Shown: positions 57,736 to 64,000 of the stretch, piece by piece
How the letters are laid out: each line of letters opens with the position of its first letter
How positions within the stretch are numbered: the stretch's first letter is position 1
From: an uncultured Desulfovibrionaceae bacterium
GTDB taxonomy: Bacteria; Desulfobacterota; Desulfovibrionia; Desulfovibrionales; Desulfovibrionaceae
Direction of reading: 5' to 3'
DNA length: 64,000 nucleotides
Assembly (NCBI GenBank): GCA_964371195.1
Contig: CAYJLD010000002.1
Location: 159 to 64,158 of the forward strand
Program-made: the position numbers and the translations under genes
Notes under the pieces: model-generated
What the model was told of the DNA's origin: nothing
Seen by the model: only the letters and a program-made list of their open reading frames with translations
The model's database searches: none

Positions 57736-58542
57736 ATGGGTAGTGTAAATACACTAGTTATAACAGGTTACGGTACGAACTCTCATCTAGAAACTGCACA
57801 TACAGCACGCTTAGCTGGTTCTGACAAGGCTGATATTGTTCATTTTTCTGATATCGTTAATGCTAAAATACGCCTTAGTGACTATCATTTTTTAATTTTT
57901 CCTGGCGGATTTTTGGATGGTGACGACCTTGGAGCTGCCCAAGCTGCTAGTATGCGCTGGAAATACCTTGAAGATATTCACAAAACTCCATTACTTGAAC
58001 ATCTAAAAAACTTCATAGCTGAGGGAAAGCTCATTTTAGGTATTTGCAATGGCTTCCAACTCATGGTTAAGCTTGGTCTATTGCCAAGCTTTGATGGTCA
58101 AAACTTTGTGCGTCACGTAACCCTTGGACATAACGACTCAGCTCGCTATGAAGACCGTTGGGTGAATATGCGAGTTAATCCGAATAGTGCTTGCGTTTTC
58201 ACCAAGGGTCTTGAGTATATTACTTGTCCTGTACGTCATGGCGAGGGCAAAATTATTCCCACTAGTGAAGATTGCCTTAAACGTCTGCAAGATGAAGAAT
58301 TAATTGCTCTGCAATACGTTGATGAAAACTTAAACATTACCCAAGATTATCCAGCTAACCCCAATGGCTCACCTCTAGGTATTGCTGGGATTTGTGACCC
58401 CAGTGGGCGCATGCTTGGACTTATGCCTCATCCTGAGGCCTTCCACCACGTTACTAATCATCCAGGCTGGACCAGAGGTGAAGTGTCACCTCCTGGAACA
58501 TTACTCTTTGTAAATGCTGTTAAATACTTAAGAACATTATAA
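57736..58542 (+). CDS. purQ: phosphoribosylformylglycinamidine synthase glutaminase subunit (PurQ-type class I amidotransferase)
   Basis: FPGGF ... nucleophile elbow LGICNGFQLM ... MPHPE catalytic His-Glu region. 268 aa. Confidence 0.75.
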   Translation: MGSVNTLVITGYGTNSHLETAHTARLAGSDKADIVHFSDIVNAKIRLSDYHFLIFPGGFLDGDDLGAAQAASMRWKYLEDIHKTPLLEHLKNFIAEGKLILGICNGFQLMVKLGLLPSFDGQNFVRHVTLGHNDSARYEDRWVNMRVNPNSACVFTKGLEYITCPVRHGEGKIIPTSEDCLKRLQDEELIALQYVDENLNITQDYPANPNGSPLGIAGICDPSGRMLGLMPHPEAFHHVTNHPGWTRGEVSPPGTLLFVNAVKYLRTL

Positions 58543-58717
58543 TTCTTGCCTTTTTATAACATAAAGCACGATTTTATGAGCTATTTTTTAATGGGGGAGA
58601 AAAAAACCCTTTTGCTTGCGCTAAAAAGTTTTTTCCTTTCCCAAAACGACTAATTACTCGATCTGTTTGCCTTAAGCACAAAAGTATGTTTCTAAAATAT
58701 ATTAAAATATTTAAATT

Positions 58718-59068
58718 TTACTTTAAATATTCATTTGAATCCTTGGGAGCGTACTCTCTTTGTGTATTGGTATATTCACGCACTACAGAAGTTACTGTTA
58801 TCTTATAGCTTTCAAAAAGCTCTGTCTTTCCTTGTAGTTGGCTCATTCTGTGTTCAACAGTATTACGCCAGCGACACAAGGCCTCTTCGCTCTCCCACAC
58901 ATTCATGGAGAGCACTTTGCTTTCATCCTGCAAACTTTGAAAACGTTCCATCTTTACAAAACCATCAAAGCCTTCCAACATAGGCTTTAACATGGCAGCA
59001 AGTTCTAAGTATTTAGCTTTGCCCTGCTGAGATGGAATTACCTCAAATAATACTATATATTTACTCAT
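58718..59068 (-). CDS. antibiotic-biosynthesis-monooxygenase (ABM) fold protein
   Basis: 116 aa. The pattern FERFQSLQDESKVLSMNVWESEEALCRWRNTVEH is typical of ABM/Dabb domains. Overlaps the ogt stop by 4 nt. Confidence 0.6.
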   Translation of the reverse strand: MSKYIVLFEVIPSQQGKAKYLELAAMLKPMLEGFDGFVKMERFQSLQDESKVLSMNVWESEEALCRWRNTVEHRMSQLQGKTELFESYKITVTSVVREYTNTQREYAPKDSNEYLK

Positions 59069-59529
59069 TTATTTTTATTTTCCATATCAAGTAAAAACTT
59101 CTTCATCTCAAGGCCACCTGCGTAACCTACCAATTTTCCAGAACTACCAATAACCCTATGACAAGGTACAATGATTGTAATTGGGTTTTTGTTATTAGCC
59201 AAACCTACGGCACGACTAGCCTTGCCATTACCAACTGCAAGAGCAATATCCTTATAAGTACGTGTTTCTCCGTAAGGAATAGTACAAAGAGCTTGCCACA
59301 CCTTCTTTTGAAACTCTGTGCCATAAAACTTATATGATACATCAAAAAACTTTCTTTTTCCTGCTATATACTCACAAAGTTGCGCATAAACATTATCAGT
59401 TAAAGGTGTTTTAGTTCCAAAATACTGTACAGTTTCATCATGAATTTTTTTAATAAAAACTATGTGCTCATGCTCATAGGCTATCTTAAAAAAACCCAAA
59501 GAGGTTTCATATATGGCAAAATTGTCCAT
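59065..59529 (-). CDS. ogt: methylated-DNA--protein-cysteine methyltransferase
   Basis: Active site IIVPCHRVIGSSG, plus YGETRTYKDIA and NKNPI motifs. Confidence 0.9.
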   Translation of the reverse strand: MDNFAIYETSLGFFKIAYEHEHIVFIKKIHDETVQYFGTKTPLTDNVYAQLCEYIAGKRKFFDVSYKFYGTEFQKKVWQALCTIPYGETRTYKDIALAVGNGKASRAVGLANNKNPITIIVPCHRVIGSSGKLVGYAGGLEMKKFLLDMENKNK

Positions 59530-59803
59530 AATACATCCTTAAAAGAAATTTTAAAGCTCTTTCACAATTTTTTAGCATCATGCGGTAAATCATTAAATTG
59601 TTACTTTCAAATATGCAAGGGCTACATCTTAAAATTTCATAAAACACATAAAACGATTTATAATAATAAATATTTTACAATATGTTACTAAACTATTTTT
59701 TCAATACCATCAAAATCAACACAAAACAAAGCCCTTGACAAAGCAAGAAAAAAAGTCCATACACCGCTAATGCCGCAAGGACATTACATATATTTCTTAC
59801 AAA

Positions 59804-59838
59804 ATGCTTTCTATGTTTTAACAAGAAAGCATTTTTTT
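59804..59838 (+). terminator. terminator-like hairpin in the nif3 leader (possible attenuator or sRNA 3' end)
   Basis: ATGCTTTCT (59804..59812) pairs with AGAAAGCAT (59824..59832), then TTTTTT. It ends 16 nt before the nif3 ATG, and no + strand gene ends upstream. Confidence 0.4.
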
Positions 59839-59854
59839 ATGCGGAGCACCCTAC

Positions 59855-60646
59855 ATGAAACTATATGAAATAATAGAAATTATTGAAAAAGTAGCACCAC
59901 CACATTTAGCAGCTTCGTGGGATAATTGTGGCGTACAGGTAGCCTCATTAAAAGACGACATAACCTGCCTAGCGCTTTGCCTTGATCCAAGTCCTACTTC
60001 CATAAAACAAAGTATAGATTGCAATGCTGAGCTTATTTTGTCCCACCACCCTCTACTTATGCAGGGGCGCTTGCCAAGCACTCTTGACCACTACCATGAA
60101 GTTTTACGCTTATTATTTACCAATAATGTAGCTCTATATGCTGCCCATACCTCACTAGACATAAACCCTCAAGGCCCAGTGGGTTGGTTAGCTCAAGCTC
60201 TTGATTTACAAAATACAGAAGTAATCGAAGAAGTTGGATTACTAGAAAATGACTGTAGAGCTGGTTATGGTTTAGTTGGCGATTTGAAAAAACAGATGAA
60301 ATATGCTGAATTATTTGCCCTCTTGCAAGAATATATTGACCTTAGCACTGCCACCATTTGTGGTGAATTACCAAAAGAAATTAGACGTGTTGCATATTGC
60401 ACTGGATCTGGTTCATCGTTTATGCAAAAAGCCTATGAGCGCGGTGCTGACATATATATTACCGGTGATGTTAAATATCACAGTGCATTAGAAAGCCCAC
60501 TTTGTACTATAGATGTGGGTCATCATAGTTTAGAAGAAGAAATGATGCATAAATTTAGCATCTTACTTGCAGAACTATTACCTAATATAAAGATACAATT
60601 TGTACCATCAGCATCGCCATTACGGCTTGCCAAGGTACAAATTTAA
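59855..60646 (+). CDS. Nif3-like dinuclear metal-centre protein (YbgI/GTP cyclohydrolase 1 type 2 family)
   Basis: WDNCGVQV, ELILSHHPLL, YAAHTSLD, ITGDVKYH, DVGHHSLEE motifs. Confidence 0.85.
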   Translation: MKLYEIIEIIEKVAPPHLAASWDNCGVQVASLKDDITCLALCLDPSPTSIKQSIDCNAELILSHHPLLMQGRLPSTLDHYHEVLRLLFTNNVALYAAHTSLDINPQGPVGWLAQALDLQNTEVIEEVGLLENDCRAGYGLVGDLKKQMKYAELFALLQEYIDLSTATICGELPKEIRRVAYCTGSGSSFMQKAYERGADIYITGDVKYHSALESPLCTIDVGHHSLEEEMMHKFSILLAELLPNIKIQFVPSASPLRLAKVQI

Positions 60647-60680
60647 TTATTTTTTACCATTAACAAATGAGGAGAATGTC

Positions 60681-61460
60681 ATGAGCTTGTATCTTAAACA
60701 AATTGAACAACTTGTTGCTTTGCAAAAGGTTGATGATGCCATACACGCTGTTAAAACTGAGTTAGAATTAGCCCCGTTAGAGTTAGAAGAATTGGAGGGT
60801 CGTTTTAACACTGCTGAAGAGCAAAGAAATAGAGTTCTTGAAAAAATTACTCATATAACTGAGCAACAAAAGCGTATAGGACTTGAAATTGACGATGATA
60901 CTGTGCGTATTAAAAAAAGCAAAAACAAGCTTATGCAGGTTAATAATCAGCGTGAATATCACGCAATGATGCGCGAAATGGACAATATGGAAAAACAAAA
61001 CCGTAATCGCGAAGAGGAAAAAATTGTCCTAGTTGAAGAGCTAGAAAATCAAAATGAAGCTTTAAAAACTATTGATGGTGATTACTTAGCTCTTAAGGCT
61101 GAGCTTGAAGTTAAACGCGAAGGCTTACAAGAGCGTATGAATGTAGCAGAAAAAAAGCTTAACGAATTACAATCAACTCGCTCTAATACCGGCTCTATTG
61201 TGCCACCAGCAGTTTTTCAGCGTTATGAATTCATACGTAGACGCTTAGATCACCCTGTTATTGTACCAGTACATAATGGTATTTGTGCAGGTTGCCATAT
61301 AGCCATTCCACCCCAAGAATTTATTGAATTACAACGCGGCCAGCAAATTTTAAGTTGCCCCAACTGTCAAAGGCTCATTTATTGGTGTGAACATTTTACC
61401 AATCCTGATGATGCATGTGAGCAAGAAAAGACTAAGGTAGTAGTTGTAAAAGAGGATTAA
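60681..61460 (+). CDS. coiled-coil C4 zinc-ribbon protein (COG1579/DUF164 type)
   Basis: Long coiled coil, then CAGCHIAIPPQ ... CPNCQRLIY. ATG at 60681 with a GAGGAG RBS; the track start at 60600 overlaps the nif3 end. Confidence 0.8.
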   Translation: MSLYLKQIEQLVALQKVDDAIHAVKTELELAPLELEELEGRFNTAEEQRNRVLEKITHITEQQKRIGLEIDDDTVRIKKSKNKLMQVNNQREYHAMMREMDNMEKQNRNREEEKIVLVEELENQNEALKTIDGDYLALKAELEVKREGLQERMNVAEKKLNELQSTRSNTGSIVPPAVFQRYEFIRRRLDHPVIVPVHNGICAGCHIAIPPQEFIELQRGQQILSCPNCQRLIYWCEHFTNPDDACEQEKTKVVVVKED

Positions 61461-61473
61461 TTTATAATATTTA

Positions 61474-61824
61474 CAAGAGTCGGATGGGTCGTCGCTGCGT
61501 AAATTTTACGGAGAGGAAAGTCCGGGCTCCACAGGGCACAATGCTGGGTAACACCCAGGAGGGGCGACCCTCGGCAAGCGCAACAGAAAGTAAACCGCCA
61601 TTATGGTAAGGGTGAAACGGTAGGGTAAGAGCCTACCAGTTATCGTGGCGACACGGTAAGCTGGGCAAGCCCCATTGGGAGCAAGGCCAAATAGGAAAGG
61701 TGATCTGCCCGGTCAAACCTTTCGGGTAGGCTGCTTGAGGGTATGAGTAATCATACTTCTAGACTAATGACGACCTCTTAACTTTTAGTTAATGACAGAA
61801 CCCGGCTTATAGTCCGGCTCTTGT
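61474..61824 (+). ncRNA. rnpB: RNase P RNA, bacterial type A
   Basis: Universal blocks GAGGAAAGTCCGGGCTCCACAGGGCA (CR-I), ACAGAAAGTAAACCGCC, GGTAAGGGTGAAACGGT, GAGCAAGGCCAAATAGG and ACAGAACCCGGCTTAT (CR-V). The 5' AAGAGTCGG pairs with the 3' CCGGCTCTTG (P1). End coordinates are good to a few nt. Confidence 0.92.
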
Positions 61825-61865
61825 AACGAAATATATTAACTTCAACTTAGTAAACTTAAATAGCT

Positions 61866-63059
61866 ATGATAGGCAAAAAAATTACTACTTGGGCCATAAT
61901 TCTTGCAGCAGGACAAGGCTTAAGACTTTCTAGTCAAACGCAAGGTATTCCTAAACAGTTTTTAAGCTATAACAATCTCCCCCTATACTATCATTGCGCT
62001 AGAACATTCAGTCATAATGCGCGCATTCAAGGCATTATATTTGTACTGCCTAAAGAATATTTGGCAGAAGAAAAAAGTCGCCTTCATGAATTAGAAAAAC
62101 AAAATTCTCTTGGATTACCATGGCTTTGTGTCGCTGGTGGCAAAAGACGTCAAGATTCGGTTTATGAGGGTCTATTAGCTCTTCCCCCCCACTGTAGCCA
62201 TGTGCTCATTCATGATTCAGCCCGCCCATTTATGACTGCAAAATTAGTAGAAAATATTTGCACAGCACTTGAAGCCGGACATGCAGGAGTTATACCTGGA
62301 CTAAAACTAATTGATACCATTAAGCAGGTAGAAAATAATATTATTACAAAAACATTAGACCGCAGTAAACTTTTTGCAGTACAAACCCCACAAGGTTTTC
62401 AACAAAATATTCTACTAGATGCACATAATAAAGCTAGAGAGGAAGATTTAGATGTAACTGATGACGCATCCTTGCTTGAACATTGTAATCATTCAGTATT
62501 TATGATAGAAGGCGAAAGTAAGAATATAAAAATTACCGAGGCTGAGCATATGCATTTATTAAATGATAACATTGCAACGCGCCCTTGTAGTGGTTTTGGC
62601 TACGATGTACATCGCTTTGGTCAAGGTCGTCCCCTAAAGCTTGGGGGAGTTCTTATGCATGGGGGTATGGAAGTTATGGCTCATTCTGACGGTGACGTGG
62701 TTTTACACGCCATCATGGATGCCATACTTGGATTAGCAGGACTTGGAGACATTGGACTACATTTTCCCGATAGTGATGTAGAATTTGATAATATAGACTC
62801 AGCCATATTATTACACAATGTCTTACAATTAATTATTGAAAAACGTATCAAAATAACTAATATTGATGTGACAATTATTACCCAAAAACCTAAGATTGGT
62901 CCTCAGCGCACTGCCATTGTAAAAAACATAGCGCACCTTCTAAATCTACCCCATGAGCGCGTTAATGTGAAGGCTACCACCGAAGAGGGTCTTGGGTTTA
63001 CTGGAAGCGGTCAAGGTATTAAGGCCATTGCACTAGTTAATGCATTGGCAAGTGAATAA
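61866..63059 (+). CDS. ispDF: bifunctional 2-C-methyl-D-erythritol 4-phosphate cytidylyltransferase / 2-C-methyl-D-erythritol 2,4-cyclodiphosphate synthase
   Basis: IspD part ILAAGQGLRL ... VLIHDSARPF. IspF part GFGYDVHRF ... HSDGDVVLHAIMDA ... TTEEGLGFTG. Confidence 0.95.
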   Translation: MIGKKITTWAIILAAGQGLRLSSQTQGIPKQFLSYNNLPLYYHCARTFSHNARIQGIIFVLPKEYLAEEKSRLHELEKQNSLGLPWLCVAGGKRRQDSVYEGLLALPPHCSHVLIHDSARPFMTAKLVENICTALEAGHAGVIPGLKLIDTIKQVENNIITKTLDRSKLFAVQTPQGFQQNILLDAHNKAREEDLDVTDDASLLEHCNHSVFMIEGESKNIKITEAEHMHLLNDNIATRPCSGFGYDVHRFGQGRPLKLGGVLMHGGMEVMAHSDGDVVLHAIMDAILGLAGLGDIGLHFPDSDVEFDNIDSAILLHNVLQLIIEKRIKITNIDVTIITQKPKIGPQRTAIVKNIAHLLNLPHERVNVKATTEEGLGFTGSGQGIKAIALVNALASE

Positions 63060-63087
63060 TCATTAAATCATATTATTAGAGCTAATT

Positions 63088-64000
63088 ATGTCCACAGAAC
63101 AACAAGTAGATCTTAGTCCTTGGTTACAAAATTACGATGATGGCGTACCGCACACAGTTGATAACTTTAATGAACCTATTTTTGCTATGCTTGATGCTGC
63201 AGCACAAAAATACCCTACACGTCCAGCCATAATTTTTCAAAATACTAAAATTAGCTATGCAGAACTAAAAGAAAAGGCTGAAATATTTGCATCTTCACTT
63301 AGACTCTCAGGTGTAAATCATGGTGATCGTGTTGCTATTATGCTCCCAAACCTACCCCAAACCATCATTGCTTTTTGGGGTGTTATGAAGGCAGGAGCCG
63401 TAGGGGTCATGACTAATCCCCTATATATGGAGTCAGAGATTGTCCATCATATGCAAGATTCTGGTGCAACACATCTTATCATGCTAGATTTACTTTGGCC
63501 TAAAATTGCTCCCTTACGCTCACGTCTTCCCGTACAAAAATATATTGTGACAGGCATTGCCGATGGCCTCTCCTTCCCCCTAAATTATCTTTATAAATTT
63601 AAAGAAAAACGTGGGGCCAATTATGTACCTATTCCCTATGACGATGAAAATGTAATTCCTTGGAAAAGATTGCTTGCTTCAAAGCAAAGATATAGTGCCA
63701 AACAATTTATCAATCCAGACAACATTGCCCTCTTGCAATATACTGGTGGCACTACTGGTCATCCTAAGGGTGTTATGCTAAGTCATAATAATATTGGTAC
63801 TAACTGTAAGCAAATACTTGCTGTCATACAAGATCTATCCAATGAGCATCATCAATTAGTGGCACTATTACCATTTTTTCATGTTTATGGACTTTGTGTT
63901 GGTATAATTGTTCCCACTGCGCTTATGGGCACCTCATTGCCAATGCCACGTTATGTACCGCAAGATGTTCTAAAGCTAATCAAAAAGCATAGACCCAGCA
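63088..64000 (+). CDS. long-chain fatty-acid--CoA ligase / AMP-dependent synthetase, 5' partial (runs off the window)
   Basis: My own translation from ATG 63088: MSTEQQVDLSPWLQNYDDGVPHTV ... and the AMP-binding motif LQYTGGTTGHPKGVMLSH. No stop codon before 64000, so it is absent from the ORF track. Confidence 0.85.
   Translation, partial: MSTEQQVDLSPWLQNYDDGVPHTVDNFNEPIFAMLDAAAQKYPTRPAIIFQNTKISYAELKEKAEIFASSLRLSGVNHGDRVAIMLPNLPQTIIAFWGVMKAGAVGVMTNPLYMESEIVHHMQDSGATHLIMLDLLWPKIAPLRSRLPVQKYIVTGIADGLSFPLNYLYKFKEKRGANYVPIPYDDENVIPWKRLLASKQRYSAKQFINPDNIALLQYTGGTTGHPKGVMLSHNNIGTNCKQILAVIQDLSNEHHQLVALLPFFHVYGLCVGIIVPTALMGTSLPMPRYVPQDVLKLIKKHRPS

Overview
Dense, AT-rich bacterial chromosomal window with about 50 protein genes and one clear RNA gene (RNase P RNA, about 61474..61824). 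I saw no rRNA, tRNA, CRISPR array, transposase or integrase. Housekeeping content (engB, aroQ-efp, ftsK, sdaA, hflX, a stand-alone IMP cyclohydrolase, cobT, xth, pyrG, purQ, ogt, nif3/Zn-ribbon/rnpB, ispDF, a 2x[4Fe-4S] ferredoxin) looks like a low-GC Desulfovibrionaceae-type genome; this is inference from protein sequences and synteny, and nothing was searched. Three regions stand out. (1) 1324..13464 is a Lap-like type I secretion / adhesin-retention locus: TolC-family channel, Cys-less C39-like ABC exporter, HlyD adaptor and a LapG-type transglutaminase-like protease. The LapD receptor slot is filled by two paralogous TM-periplasmic-TM-PAS proteins with catalytically degenerate HD-GYP domains. 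These bracket the protease and an embedded GT4 glycosyltransferase, and no cargo adhesin lies in the window. (2) 47833..54804 is a markedly AT-richer four-gene accessory block. It holds two paralogous about 765-aa asparagine-synthetase-like PP-loop enzymes that lack the glutaminase Cys and carry C-terminal tandem repeats, plus two paralogous sulfotransferase-like proteins. The two large genes share a 200-nt near-identical tract. (3) About 27545..27724 is a GC-rich, multi-hairpin intergenic element that looks like an unclassified structured RNA. Smaller oddities: the hflX reading frame extends 47 codons upstream of its first canonical start, to an ATA with a perfect Shine-Dalgarno sequence; an orphan OppF-like ATPase is coupled to cobT; an orphan flagellar-rod-like gene sits next to a methyltransferase-glycosyltransferase fusion. 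All family assignments come from motif recognition by eye.
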